From: Candidatus Woesebacteria bacterium
GTDB taxonomy: Bacteria > Patescibacteriota > Microgenomatia > UBA8517
Length of the DNA: 64,000 nucleotides
Assembly: GCA_003484955.1 (NCBI GenBank)
Contig: DMZH01000001.1
Span: 215,848 to 279,847 of the forward strand
Direction: 5' to 3'
The position numbers were made by a program, and so were the translations under genes. The notes under the pieces are model-generated. The model saw only the letters and a list, made by a program, of their open reading frames with translations, did not search any database and was not told the origin of the DNA. Shown here piece by piece: positions 38,489 through 48,776 of this stretch; the stretch's first letter is position 1, and each line of letters begins with the position of its first letter.

Positions 38489-38504
38489 TAAAATAGCCAT
38501 GTTT

Positions 38505-38577
38505 GCCGGCGTAGCTCAGTGGTAGTAGCGGACGTTTCATAAGCGTCAGGTCACAGGTTCAATCCCTGTCGCCGGCA
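38505..38577 (+). tRNA. tRNA-Met(CAT), probably elongator
   Basis: GCCGGCG/CGCCGGC-A; anticodon arm GACGT-TT CAT AA-GCGTC; T arm ACAGG-TTCAATC-CCTGT. Confidence 0.9.
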
Positions 38578-38605
38578 CATTTTTGTTTTCTGATACACTA
38601 AACAT

Positions 38606-39592
38606 ATGAAAAAAAGAGTATTTTCCGGTACAAGGGCCACGGGCAGATTGCATTTGGGCAACTATCTTGGGGCAGTAAAGGGATATTTGGAATTACAAAA
38701 TAACCCCGATTATGAGGCCATTTATATGGTTATGGATTTGCATGCCATAACGACCCCCTACGATAAGGCAAAATTGTTCGAAAACACCAGAAATGTAGTT
38801 ATGGATTATCTTGCCTGCGGACTTGATCCTGAAAAGTCCATAATTACAGCACAATCTTTAGTTCCGGAACACACGTTTCTTGCCCACATTCTTTCATCCG
38901 AAATTACTGTTGCCAGAATGCAGCACCTTCCCACATTTAAAGAAAAAGTTAAACAGCACCCCGATCACGTAACCATGGCACTTCTTAATTACCCGGTTTT
39001 GATGGCTTCCGACATACTTCTTTATAAAGCAAGTCTGGTTCCTGTTGGTATTGATCAGGAACCGCATTTGGAGGTTGCCCGCGAAATTGCCAGGAAAATA
39101 AACGAAAAATACGGCACAGATTTCCCCGAGCCAAAACGTTTTGCCACACAAGGAGAATATGTTCCGTCCCTGACAGGGGAGGGGAAAATGAGCAAAAGCG
39201 TTGAGGGAAGTTATATAGGTTTGACGGATAGTTTGGATGAAATTAAAAAGAAACTCTCAGGAGCTCCTACAGATTCAGGGAAAGGTGAGGCTATTCCGGA
39301 AAAGGGAGGAGTCGCCAATCTTTTTAAGCTAGTTGAATTATTTGAAGGTTCTGAAAAAAGAAAAGAATACGAAGAAAAATATCTCGGTGGTGGGGTAAGA
39401 TACGGCGAGTTGAAAACGGAACTTGCAGAGGCTATATTTAAAGAAATTGAGCCTATCCAAAAACAAAGAAAAATCTATGAGAACGATCCGTCTTTGGTTG
39501 AAAGGGTTATTAAGGAAGGAGCTGAAAAAGCAGGGATAATTGCCGGAAAAACAATAGAGGAGATAAAAGATAAAATTGGGCTAATCAAATAA
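38606..39592 (+). CDS. trpS: Tryptophan-tRNA ligase
   Basis: HLGN, YPVLMASDILLY, VGIDQEPH, KMSKS. Confidence 0.96.
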   Translation: MKKRVFSGTRATGRLHLGNYLGAVKGYLELQNNPDYEAIYMVMDLHAITTPYDKAKLFENTRNVVMDYLACGLDPEKSIITAQSLVPEHTFLAHILSSEITVARMQHLPTFKEKVKQHPDHVTMALLNYPVLMASDILLYKASLVPVGIDQEPHLEVAREIARKINEKYGTDFPEPKRFATQGEYVPSLTGEGKMSKSVEGSYIGLTDSLDEIKKKLSGAPTDSGKGEAIPEKGGVANLFKLVELFEGSEKRKEYEEKYLGGGVRYGELKTELAEAIFKEIEPIQKQRKIYENDPSLVERVIKEGAEKAGIIAGKTIEEIKDKIGLIK

Positions 39593-39960
39593 TGGACAAC
39601 ATTTCTTTTGACGATTTTGAAAAGGTTGATATCAGAATCGGCACCGTAGTTTCCGCAGAGGTTCCGGAGTGGAGCCATTGGGTTATGAAGCTAAAGGTTG
39701 ATTTTGGTCCCGAAATTGGAGAAAAGCAGTGTTTTTCGGGAATTATGAAATTCTACAAACCCGAAGAGTTGCTTGGTAAACAGTTTCCGTTTGTTATCAA
39801 CCTGGAGCCTAGAAAAATGGGGCCGGAAAGAGAGGCCAGTGAGGCAATGATGATAATGGCTGCCCCCGGGGACAATCTGCCGGAAGAAGAAATGGAAGAT
39901 GTTGCCCCCGTCCTTTTTCAGCTTCAAAACAAAGTTGCCGACGGGACAAAAGTACGTTAA
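39592..39960 (+). CDS. tRNA-binding OB-fold protein (Trbp111/CsaA/MetRS C-terminal-like)
   Basis: ISFDDFEKVDIRIG...NLEPRKM...SEAM. Confidence 0.88.
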   Translation: MDNISFDDFEKVDIRIGTVVSAEVPEWSHWVMKLKVDFGPEIGEKQCFSGIMKFYKPEELLGKQFPFVINLEPRKMGPEREASEAMMIMAAPGDNLPEEEMEDVAPVLFQLQNKVADGTKVR

Positions 39961-39981
39961 AGGTGTATTATTGACACTCAT

Positions 39982-41868
39982 ATGGATCCAACTAAGTTTT
40001 TTAGTCAAAACTCAACCGGTAAAAAAGCATCAAAAAATGGCCAGAAGCAGGTTAAAGTCAAACTTCGCATCAACCTTTGGACAATTGCGGCAATTATCCT
40101 GATTATATTTTTCATAATTCCGGGATTTATTGCAGCTGTACAAACATTAGGCAACTCCTCAAAAGAAAACATCTCCCAATTGATGACAGATATAAAAGGA
40201 GGAAAGGTAGACAAGGTAAGTGTTGAAGGATCAAAACTTCTTGTAACTTATAAGGACGAGTCGGTTAAGGTTTCAACAAAAGAAGATACGGAAAACTTTT
40301 CCGACCTTCTAAAAAATTACGAAATCGATCCTGCAAGCGTGAATTATGAAATTGTCGACCAGTCGGCTGCCAAAGTAATCGGGGACATTATCGGAATCGT
40401 GCTACCGCTCATTCTTATGGTTGGATTTTTCTACTATATAATGCGTGCTCAAAACAAGGGAGCTCAGGATATTTTCTCTTTTGGTAGAAGTAAGGCAAAA
40501 ATTTTTGCCAAGGGTAAACAGAGCGTAACTTTTATTGATGTTGCCGGAGTTGATGATGCCAAAAAAGAACTTGAAGAGCTTGTGGATTTTCTCAAAAATC
40601 CGGCCAAATATAGAAAAATCGGAGCAAGAACCCCCAAAGGAGCGCTTTTGGTTGGGCCGTCCGGTGTGGGAAAAACTCTTTTGGCCAAAGCTGTTGCCGG
40701 AGAGGCTGGGGTGCCGTTTTTTTCAATGGCGGGAAGTGAGTTTATGGAAATGCTTGTCGGAGTAGGAGCCTCGAGAGCCCGCGATCTTTTTGCCCAGGCG
40801 AAAGCAGCAGCCCCTTCAATCATTTTTATTGATGAAATTGATGCAATAGGGCGTCAAAGAGGTAGGGGAATGATGGGTGGACACGATGAAAGGGAACAGA
40901 CACTAAATCAAATTTTGGTTGAAATGGATGGTTTTACTCCGAACGATAACGTAATTGTTATAGCGGCCACCAATAGAGGGGATTTACTCGATCCGGCACT
41001 TCTCAGGCCGGGAAGGTTTGACAGAAGAATAGTTCTTGATATGCCTGATAAAGAAGGCAGACTGGCAATCTTACATATTCACGCACGGGGTAAGAAATTT
41101 GCCAAAGGAGTTGACTGGAGTAAAGTTGCCGACAGAACCGTTGGTTTTTCGGGAGCCGATCTTGAGAATATGTTAAACGAGGCTGCAATCGGAACCGCGA
41201 GGAACGGCAATAGTGAAATTTCAATGGCTGACCTTGAGGAATCTTCAACCAAAGTTAAGCTTGGACCTGCCAAAAAGAGGCTTCAAAGCGATGAAGATAA
41301 AAAATTGACTGCCTATCATGAGGCAGGACACGCCATTGTCACACATTTTTTGAAAAATATGGACCCGGTTCATCGAATTTCCATAGTTGCCCGTGGAATG
41401 AGTTTGGGTCACACTTTAATTCCTCCTGTGGGAGATAGAACTCACGAAACAAAATCCCGTTTATTGGAGCAGATTACGGCCATGCTTGGAGGACGGGCCG
41501 CGGAACAAATTGTGTTTAATGAAATGACCAGCGGAGCGGCAAACGATATTGCCCAAGCCACAAAAATTTCTAAAGCAATGGTTGTGGAATTTGGAATGAG
41601 TGAACTTGGACCAATTAACTTCGGACCCGATATGGGAATGGGGGATTTTGGACAAATGGAATGGTACGAACAGGCCCAAAACTCACCTTCCTTTATGGAA
41701 AAAATAGATACCGAAACCAAAAAATTCTTAGATATGGGCTACAAAGCCGCCGTAAAACTTATTAAAGAGAAAAGAAAATTACTGGATAAAGTAAGCAAAG
41801 CTTTGATTGAAAAAGAAACTCTTGATCGGGACGACTTCGAAAAGATTGTTGGTAGGAAGATATCCTGA
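39982..41868 (+). CDS. ftsH: ATP-dependent zinc metalloprotease FtsH
   Basis: 2 TM, GPSGVGKT, DEIDA, SRH region, HEAGH. Confidence 0.97.
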   Translation: MDPTKFFSQNSTGKKASKNGQKQVKVKLRINLWTIAAIILIIFFIIPGFIAAVQTLGNSSKENISQLMTDIKGGKVDKVSVEGSKLLVTYKDESVKVSTKEDTENFSDLLKNYEIDPASVNYEIVDQSAAKVIGDIIGIVLPLILMVGFFYYIMRAQNKGAQDIFSFGRSKAKIFAKGKQSVTFIDVAGVDDAKKELEELVDFLKNPAKYRKIGARTPKGALLVGPSGVGKTLLAKAVAGEAGVPFFSMAGSEFMEMLVGVGASRARDLFAQAKAAAPSIIFIDEIDAIGRQRGRGMMGGHDEREQTLNQILVEMDGFTPNDNVIVIAATNRGDLLDPALLRPGRFDRRIVLDMPDKEGRLAILHIHARGKKFAKGVDWSKVADRTVGFSGADLENMLNEAAIGTARNGNSEISMADLEESSTKVKLGPAKKRLQSDEDKKLTAYHEAGHAIVTHFLKNMDPVHRISIVARGMSLGHTLIPPVGDRTHETKSRLLEQITAMLGGRAAEQIVFNEMTSGAANDIAQATKISKAMVVEFGMSELGPINFGPDMGMGDFGQMEWYEQAQNSPSFMEKIDTETKKFLDMGYKAAVKLIKEKRKLLDKVSKALIEKETLDRDDFEKIVGRKIS

Positions 41869-41903
41869 AAACTTCAGACGGTTTAAGGTAAAATACTGTG
41901 TAT

Positions 41904-42830
41904 ATGTCTAAATTGGTAATAATTGATGGAAATGCCATTCTTCATAGGGCTTTCCATGCCATGCCACCCCTAACTACAAGAAGCGGTGAGCCCATCAATG
42001 CCGTCTACGGACTTGTTTCAATGTTTTTACGGGTTATCCAGGATCTTAAACCTGACTCCATTGCTGTGGCCTTTGACGAGAAGGAAAAAACATTCAGACA
42101 TAAGGAATTTGAAAAATATCAATCTCAGCGTCCCCCTACCGCGGACGAACTCTTGTCACAGTTTGGAAAAGCCAGAGATTTTTTTAAAGCGGTGGGCATT
42201 CCAATTTATTCAAAGCCCGGTTTTGAGGCAGATGATGTAATTGGGACAATTGCTACGAGAAGTTTCGATAAATTAAAAATTAAAAATTTAAAATCAAAAA
42301 TTGATGAGGTAATAATCATTACGGGAGACAGAGACATTCTCCAACTGGTGGACGACAAAACAAAACTCTATATGCCTATCGTCGGACTTGCTAACGCCAA
42401 GCTTTACGACGCCGCCGCGGCGACGGAAAGGATGGGAGTGCCCCCTGAGGAGATTCCGGATTATAAAGCACTGGTTGGAGATGCTTCAGATAACTATCCC
42501 GGAGTGGGGGGTATCGGACCAAAGACTGCGGAAAAACTTTTAGAGAAGTATGGAAGTATAGATAATATTTATGCTCATTTACAGGATATTGAGCCGAAAA
42601 CAAGGCAAAAGTTGACTGATGGTAAAAAGGACGCAAAGTTATTCCACAGGCTTGCTACAATAGTCAAAGATGTTCCCATGGAAATTGATTTCCCGCAAAT
42701 GGAAAAGTGGAAAATTGACAGTCCCGAGGTGTTTAATCTTTTTGAAAAGTTTGGTTTTAAGACCTTAACGGATAGAATTAAGAAAGTTGGCAAGTCAATT
42801 GACGAAAGTAAGCAAAATACTTTATTTTGA
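41904..42830 (+). CDS. Stand-alone 5'-3' exonuclease (PolA N-terminal domain)
   Basis: IDGNAILHRAFHA, EADDVIGT, TGDRD, GDASDNYPGV, GIGPKTA. Confidence 0.92.
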   Translation: MSKLVIIDGNAILHRAFHAMPPLTTRSGEPINAVYGLVSMFLRVIQDLKPDSIAVAFDEKEKTFRHKEFEKYQSQRPPTADELLSQFGKARDFFKAVGIPIYSKPGFEADDVIGTIATRSFDKLKIKNLKSKIDEVIIITGDRDILQLVDDKTKLYMPIVGLANAKLYDAAAATERMGVPPEEIPDYKALVGDASDNYPGVGGIGPKTAEKLLEKYGSIDNIYAHLQDIEPKTRQKLTDGKKDAKLFHRLATIVKDVPMEIDFPQMEKWKIDSPEVFNLFEKFGFKTLTDRIKKVGKSIDESKQNTLF

Positions 42831-42836
42831 CACTAT

Positions 42837-43952
42837 ATGAAAATTGCAATAGTTCATGATTATTTAAAAGAGTATGGCGGGGCGGAGAGGGTGTTGGAAA
42901 CTTTTTTGGAAATTTGGCCGGATGCCGATATTTACACAACTGTTTTCCTACCCGAATTTGCCGGGCCACACAAAGGCCGTGTTGAAAAATGGAACGTAAA
43001 GACTTCATTTTTACAGTACGTACCATTTAAAGCGAAATTGATTAGCATGTTCAGGTTTGTTGCCCCGTGTGTTTTCAAAAGTTTTGATCTTTCTAAATAT
43101 GATTTAGTAATAACTTCGACAGCCGGAACTTACACCAGTCCGAATTTTGTCAAAGTAGATAAGAAGGCTTTGTTTATAAATTACTGCCACACCCCCCCAA
43201 GATATCTTTATGGGTATCCTGTTGCCAACGATTGGAGAAGCAACTGGTTTAGAAGAATACTTTTATTTTTGGGTAAATTGCCGATGTATTTTTTGCGAAA
43301 GTTGGATTATGAATCGGCTCAACTTCCCGATTATATTATTGCCAACTCCAGGGAAGTGGCCGGAAGGATAAAAAGATTCTACCGCAGGGAATCGACTGTA
43401 ATTTACCCTCCGGTTGAAATTCCAAAACCGGACGGATTGCCACAAAAAGGTGACTATTATTTGATTGGAGGCAGGGTTTCGAGGCACAAAGGACACGATA
43501 TTGCTATAAAAGCGTTTACTGAATTGGGATTTTCCCTTAAAGTTTTTGGTGGAACTTTTGCCTCGTATGGACTTGATCAGTTTAAAAAATTTGCCGGAAA
43601 AAATATTGAATTTCTGGGTGAGGTGAGTGAGAGCGATAAATGGAAACTAATGAAAAGTGCAAAGGCTTTTATTTTTCCATCAGAACAGGAAGACTTTGGA
43701 ATTATTCCAGTTGAAGCAATGGCAGCGGGAACCCCGGTTATTGCTCTAAACCAGGGTGGGGTAAAAGAAACTGTGATAGATGGTAAAACAGGTCTGTTTT
43801 TCAATGAAAGAACACCGGAGGCATTATCGGAAGCAGTCAGAAAGTTTGAAAAAATGAATATCAAAAGTGAAGACTGTATAAATCAAGCCAAGAAGTTTTC
43901 AAAAGAACGTTTCAAAAAGGAAATGGTAGAGTTTGTAAATAATTATGCCTGA
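42837..43952 (+). CDS. Glycosyltransferase family 4
   Basis: HDYL..YGGAERV, EDFGIIPVEAMAAG. Confidence 0.92.
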   Translation: MKIAIVHDYLKEYGGAERVLETFLEIWPDADIYTTVFLPEFAGPHKGRVEKWNVKTSFLQYVPFKAKLISMFRFVAPCVFKSFDLSKYDLVITSTAGTYTSPNFVKVDKKALFINYCHTPPRYLYGYPVANDWRSNWFRRILLFLGKLPMYFLRKLDYESAQLPDYIIANSREVAGRIKRFYRRESTVIYPPVEIPKPDGLPQKGDYYLIGGRVSRHKGHDIAIKAFTELGFSLKVFGGTFASYGLDQFKKFAGKNIEFLGEVSESDKWKLMKSAKAFIFPSEQEDFGIIPVEAMAAGTPVIALNQGGVKETVIDGKTGLFFNERTPEALSEAVRKFEKMNIKSEDCINQAKKFSKERFKKEMVEFVNNYA

Positions 43953-44817
43953 ATTGCCTGAAGTTGAGACAATGCGGTTGCAGTTAAAAAGGTTCCTTGT
44001 GGGACATGACATTGCATCTGTCGAAGTTAAAAACCGTAAGACTTTCCAAGGAGATGAAAACAAAATTCTAAACTCCAAAGTAATGGGTGTTAGACGTTTT
44101 GGAAAGGTATTAGTAATTGATCTTGCAAACGGATATTCAATCCTGACACATGTAAAGCTCACGGGGCAGTTTATTTATAGAGGTCCCAATCTTCCCAAAC
44201 CCCAAGAGCTTTCCAAAAAAGTTACGGGTGGGGTTCCCGGTCCCCACACTTTGGTTATTTTTAACTTAGATAGAAACGGAACACTCTATTACAATGATGT
44301 CAGACGTTTCGGTTGGATTAGAATAGAAAAAACAGAAGACGTTGAGAAGGAAAAGTTTATTATTAAACTAGGGCCGGAACCTCACGTCGCTGAAAGCTCT
44401 GCAGGGCAGGCCCTTCTTACATTAGATTTATTTAAGGAAATTCTTTCCAAAACTTCGAGAGCGGTTAAGGTGGTTTTGATGGATCAGGAAAAGATGGGTG
44501 GGGTGGGGAACATTTATGCAAATGATGCGCTTTGGCTTTCTAAAGTTAATCCCAAAACTCCGGCAAAAAGTTTGGACCCCAAATCCGTAAAAAAACTATA
44601 TGAAGCAATTATCACAGTTCTTAAGGCAGGAATAAAATACGGCGGGGCAAGTGAACTTGCTTTTGTAACTCCTGACGGAACGGAAGGTAATTATCAGAAC
44701 CACACTTTAGTTTATGGACATGAGGGAGAACCATGTGAGAGGTGCCATAAAGCAAGGATTAATAAATTCTTTTTAAGTGGACGGGGGACATACTCCTGTC
44801 CTTTCTGCCAAAAGTGA
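43945..44817 (+). CDS. mutM: Formamidopyrimidine-DNA glycosylase
   Basis: PELPEVE, GVGNIYA, C-terminal Zn finger RGTYSCPFCQ. Confidence 0.95.
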   Translation: MPELPEVETMRLQLKRFLVGHDIASVEVKNRKTFQGDENKILNSKVMGVRRFGKVLVIDLANGYSILTHVKLTGQFIYRGPNLPKPQELSKKVTGGVPGPHTLVIFNLDRNGTLYYNDVRRFGWIRIEKTEDVEKEKFIIKLGPEPHVAESSAGQALLTLDLFKEILSKTSRAVKVVLMDQEKMGGVGNIYANDALWLSKVNPKTPAKSLDPKSVKKLYEAIITVLKAGIKYGGASELAFVTPDGTEGNYQNHTLVYGHEGEPCERCHKARINKFFLSGRGTYSCPFCQK

Positions 44818-44829
44818 CATAATTAATTT

Positions 44830-46221
44830 ATGGACCAAAAACTTAGTGATGAAAATTATAAGACAATAGAGGCGTTTGCACTCTCCAAAATGTCAGATTT
44901 AAAATCCGTCAGCCATAATGATTACCATGTCATTAGGGTGCGCGATAATGCTTTTAAGATTGCAAAGCTTTTGGGGGTAGAAGAAAGAATTGATAAGAAT
45001 TTATTGGCTACAATTTGTATGCTTCACGATTTTACATATTCGGTGAGAAAGCCGAATATTTACACATATATTTTTGAGGGCAGAATTGAACGAAGAATGA
45101 TACGCTCACTTTTAAAAAGGTTTGACATACCCGATGAAACTAAAGAAATAATTATAGACGCTGTTTTTAGACATGCTCACAGCTTTCCCTTTAAAAAACT
45201 CAACAAAAAACACGGTCTTTATACCAAGATCCTTCAGGATGCAGACACTTTGGATTTTTTTGACGTATCGAGAGTTAATTATTTTTTGACTAACCAAAAC
45301 AAAAGCTTTTTTAAATCCTTGAGAAAAGCTATGGCAAACGCGTTGTTAAGATATGGAAAAAATAATTTAGGACTCTTTCTTAATTATCCGGTTCTGGCAA
45401 AAACTTTTTTTGAAAACCCGTCGATGAAGCAAAAGGATCGTTTTCATTATTATGAATACGGTATCAATAATTCTGAAACTTTGCTTTTTCTACCAGGTTA
45501 TGCCGATAGCGGTCTGATGTACCAGAAATTAGGCAGAAGTCTTTCTAAAGATTACCGGGTACTTGCTCTTGATTTTCCCATGATCCACGATCCAGAAAAG
45601 ATATACGATCTTACTTCTCTTACAAATTTTGTTGACGATTTTGTTAAAGAGTTAAGGTTAACAAATTTTACAATCGTCGGTTTTTCATCATGTGGTTTAG
45701 TAGCCATTAGTTACACTTATAATCGCTCCGATAAAGTTAAAGAGTTGATTCTTTTGAATTCCGTACCCCGGTTTATATTGTCAAAAGTAAACCGTAAAAT
45801 TTATCAATTTGTTAAACCCTTCATTTTGCTTAGACCGATACTTTTTATCTATTCTAGAATTAACACAAATAAAACTTTCAGGAAAATTATGAAACTTCCA
45901 CATACGTCAACGTTTACCAGAGAAAGAATGAGAACTTATTATTATTCTGCCACAGGTACTGCAGTAAACCTCATAGGGGAGTCGGTTTTTGCCAGATTTA
46001 AGAAAATAAAAGTGCCTAAGAAAATAATTTTCTTCAAAGACGATACAATTATTCCCTGGGAACGTTATCAGCGTTTTGTTGAAAAACTTGATTGCGAAGT
46101 TGTAGTTTTCTCGGAAGGACTACATGCCGACAAAAGGATTTATTGGGAAAAATTAAAAACTTTGTGGCTAAAGACCCCGAAGATAGAATTTCAGGATGTT
46201 AGTATTGAAAAAAGCAAATAA
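44830..46221 (+). CDS. HD-domain / alpha-beta-hydrolase fusion protein
   Basis: H..H, LHD, H, QDADTLD in the N-half; LLFLPG, VLALDFP, VGFSSCG, D, H in the C-half. Confidence 0.75.
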   Translation: MDQKLSDENYKTIEAFALSKMSDLKSVSHNDYHVIRVRDNAFKIAKLLGVEERIDKNLLATICMLHDFTYSVRKPNIYTYIFEGRIERRMIRSLLKRFDIPDETKEIIIDAVFRHAHSFPFKKLNKKHGLYTKILQDADTLDFFDVSRVNYFLTNQNKSFFKSLRKAMANALLRYGKNNLGLFLNYPVLAKTFFENPSMKQKDRFHYYEYGINNSETLLFLPGYADSGLMYQKLGRSLSKDYRVLALDFPMIHDPEKIYDLTSLTNFVDDFVKELRLTNFTIVGFSSCGLVAISYTYNRSDKVKELILLNSVPRFILSKVNRKIYQFVKPFILLRPILFIYSRINTNKTFRKIMKLPHTSTFTRERMRTYYYSATGTAVNLIGESVFARFKKIKVPKKIIFFKDDTIIPWERYQRFVEKLDCEVVVFSEGLHADKRIYWEKLKTLWLKTPKIEFQDVSIEKSK

Positions 46222-46233
46222 ATTGTCTTTGTT

Positions 46234-47298
46234 ATGATTAAAAAGATTGAACTTCAGAATTTTAGAAATTTTAAGAAGATAATTTTTGAATTTTCGCCAA
46301 AAATAACCGTTATAGTTGGTCCCAACGCGTCGGGGAAAACGAACGTTCTTGAAAGCCTTTATCTTCTTTCGACAGGCAAGAGTTTTAAGGCAAAAGTGGA
46401 GGAGGAAATGATCGGGTATGACGAAGATATATGTAGGGTTGATGGGGAGGCGTCTGGAGCAGAATCTGAAATTACCAATCTGGGGGCAGTTGTCACCAGG
46501 GGAAAAATCGATATTGGAGCGGAGCGTCCCGAAAGAGTTCCCAGAAAAAAACTGCTTGTGAATGGGGTCCCGAGGAGGATGGTAGATTTTGCGGGAAACT
46601 TCAGAACTGTACTTTTTGGTCCCTGGGATTTGGATTTGGTTACCGAGTCTCCTTCTGTCCGCAGAAGATTTCTGGATACCGTTCTGAGCCAGGCGGATAG
46701 GGAATACAGAAGGTCGACTTTGTCATACGAAAAAGGGCTAAGGCAAAGAAACCGCGTGCTTTGGGATATGAGGGAGGGAAATATCGGACCCGACAGGCTT
46801 CTTTTTTGGAATCAGCTGATTATTAAAAACGGCAATTATATTACGGAAAAGAGAGAGGAATTCATCGATTTTGTAAATAGTTTGGAATTTGAAATTAATG
46901 GTCTGAAACTTAATGTTTCTTATGATAAAAGCGTGATTTCCGAAAGCAGACTTGAACAATATAAAGAGGAAGAGGTTAGTGCCGCAACAACTCTGGTAGG
47001 CCCCCATAGAGATGATTTTGTCTTTAATAAAGGTGAAAGAAGCCTGTCCAGCTACGGATCAAGGGGAGAGCAGAGAATGGGCGTTCTCTGGTTGAAGATA
47101 GCGGAGCTTTCTTTTATTGAGGAAAAAACCTCCGCCCGGCCCACGCTCCTTTTGGACGACATTTTTTCAGAACTGGATGAAGAACATAAGAAAGTTGTGA
47201 TGGACATTGCCATGAAACAGCAAACAATTATCACATCGGTTGACGATGAATTCGCAAAAGAATTGAGAAAAGTGGAGAGAATTGAGTTGATGGGTTAA
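46234..47298 (+). CDS. recF: DNA replication/repair protein RecF
   Basis: GPNASGKT, GPHRDD, GSRGEQR, LLLDDIFSELD. Confidence 0.95.
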   Translation: MIKKIELQNFRNFKKIIFEFSPKITVIVGPNASGKTNVLESLYLLSTGKSFKAKVEEEMIGYDEDICRVDGEASGAESEITNLGAVVTRGKIDIGAERPERVPRKKLLVNGVPRRMVDFAGNFRTVLFGPWDLDLVTESPSVRRRFLDTVLSQADREYRRSTLSYEKGLRQRNRVLWDMREGNIGPDRLLFWNQLIIKNGNYITEKREEFIDFVNSLEFEINGLKLNVSYDKSVISESRLEQYKEEEVSAATTLVGPHRDDFVFNKGERSLSSYGSRGEQRMGVLWLKIAELSFIEEKTSARPTLLLDDIFSELDEEHKKVVMDIAMKQQTIITSVDDEFAKELRKVERIELMG

Positions 47299-47307
47299 AA
47301 TACACAT

Positions 47308-47634
47308 ATGGATAGTCAAGGCGAAAGATTGAACGAGGGAATCCAAAATGAGCAAACAGCAAAAAAAGAATTTGCGTTGAAGTTGGGTCGTTCTCCACAG
47401 GACGTAGTATATAGATATTCCGGAATTTTATTAGGGGAACAGTTAAAGCTGGCACAAAAGAACAAGGGTAGACCGGTAGATATTCCTGTCGAGGAAAGAG
47501 AACGTTTTTTGAGATTAGCAGCCTCAGGGTATGACAGAGATTCTGTTGAAAAGATGGAAAAAATGGAGAAAGACTGGAATTCTGCAACTTCAAAAGACGG
47601 ACGCCCTCCAATCGGCGGAGCTCAGAACGATTAA
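47308..47634 (+). CDS. Hypothetical protein
   Basis: 108-aa ORF directly after recF. Confidence 0.55.
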   Translation: MDSQGERLNEGIQNEQTAKKEFALKLGRSPQDVVYRYSGILLGEQLKLAQKNKGRPVDIPVEERERFLRLAASGYDRDSVEKMEKMEKDWNSATSKDGRPPIGGAQND

Positions 47635-47900
47635 CCTTTCTTTATCAGTTTGGATAGATTATAAGTTACAACCACTGCCAACAATGTGACAACTACCGCA
47701 TAAACCAAAAGTGAAATAATTCCGGAAGCCTCTCCCATAAGCGGCTTAATATATTGGCTTACAAGTTCCTGAATAAATGCGTTCCAGGCCAGGGCTGCCA
47801 CAAGTCCGAGGCCGCTTGTTGAAAGAATCAACATCTGTTTTAAGACCTCCTTTTTTATTTCAGACGCGTTTTTACTGAGTCTGTGAATCTTTTTTGGCAT
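47631..47900 (-). CDS. DUF5654-like small membrane protein
   Basis: GLGLVAALAWN motif, 2 TM. Confidence 0.82.
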   Translation of the reverse strand: MPKKIHRLSKNASEIKKEVLKQMLILSTSGLGLVAALAWNAFIQELVSQYIKPLMGEASGIISLLVYAVVVTLLAVVVTYNLSKLIKKG

Positions 47901-47921
47901 ATACTTAAGTTATTATATCTC

Positions 47922-48731
47922 ATGGACATATTCAGTTCAAAAACATTGGAGAGCCTGGTGATGCCGCAGGCTGATTCTTCAAAGGGACAAAACGGGCAGA
48001 TTACAGTTATTGGCGGATCAAAGCTTTTCCATGGCGCCCCGCTTTTGGCACTTACCACAGCCTCAAGACTTGCCGATATGACGTTTTTTGCCTCACCCGA
48101 ACCCTCTGTCGGAAGCATTGCCGAAAAGGTAAAATCGGAACTTTTTTCCTTTATCTGGATCCCTTGGGAAGAAAAGGAAAACTATATTGAAAAATCAGAC
48201 GCCATCCTGATCGGCTCCGGAATGATGCGCTATAAAAAAGAGTGGAATGACGGAGGAGGGGATGAAACAAGAGAAATAACCCGCGACATCCTTTTAAAAT
48301 ATCCCAACAAAAAATGGGTGATTGATGCCGGAAGTCTGCAAATGATTGAACCCCAGTGGATTCCGGCCGGTTCGGTTTTGACTCCCAACCAAAAAGAGTA
48401 TCAAAGACTTTTTGGGAACATGGACCCCTCGGCTGTCGCCAAAAAGTTCAATTGCGTTATTGTCTACAAGCTGCCTTTAACTACGGTTTGCTCACCGGAT
48501 AGGTGCATTGAGATCAAAGGTGGAAATGCCGGTCTTACTAAAGGGGGAACCGGAGATGTACAAGCAGGGCTTACCGTCGGGCTTTTGGCAAAAAACGATC
48601 CTTTTTTGGCGGCATCAGCGGCATCGTTTGTTGTTAAAAAAGCTGCCGATGAGCTTTATAAAAGGGTTGGCACTGTTTACAACGCAGACGATCTCGCGAT
48701 AGAAATTCCAAAGGTTTTTTCCGGAATATAA
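47922..48731 (+). CDS. nnrD: NAD(P)H-hydrate dehydratase (YjeF C-terminal)
   Basis: KGQNG..VIGGS..FHGA, VIDA, TPN..E, KGGTGD. Confidence 0.88.
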   Translation: MDIFSSKTLESLVMPQADSSKGQNGQITVIGGSKLFHGAPLLALTTASRLADMTFFASPEPSVGSIAEKVKSELFSFIWIPWEEKENYIEKSDAILIGSGMMRYKKEWNDGGGDETREITRDILLKYPNKKWVIDAGSLQMIEPQWIPAGSVLTPNQKEYQRLFGNMDPSAVAKKFNCVIVYKLPLTTVCSPDRCIEIKGGNAGLTKGGTGDVQAGLTVGLLAKNDPFLAASAASFVVKKAADELYKRVGTVYNADDLAIEIPKVFSGI

Positions 48732-48776
48732 ATCCTATTGTATTTTCCGCAATTTTTGCGTTAATATAGACATAAT

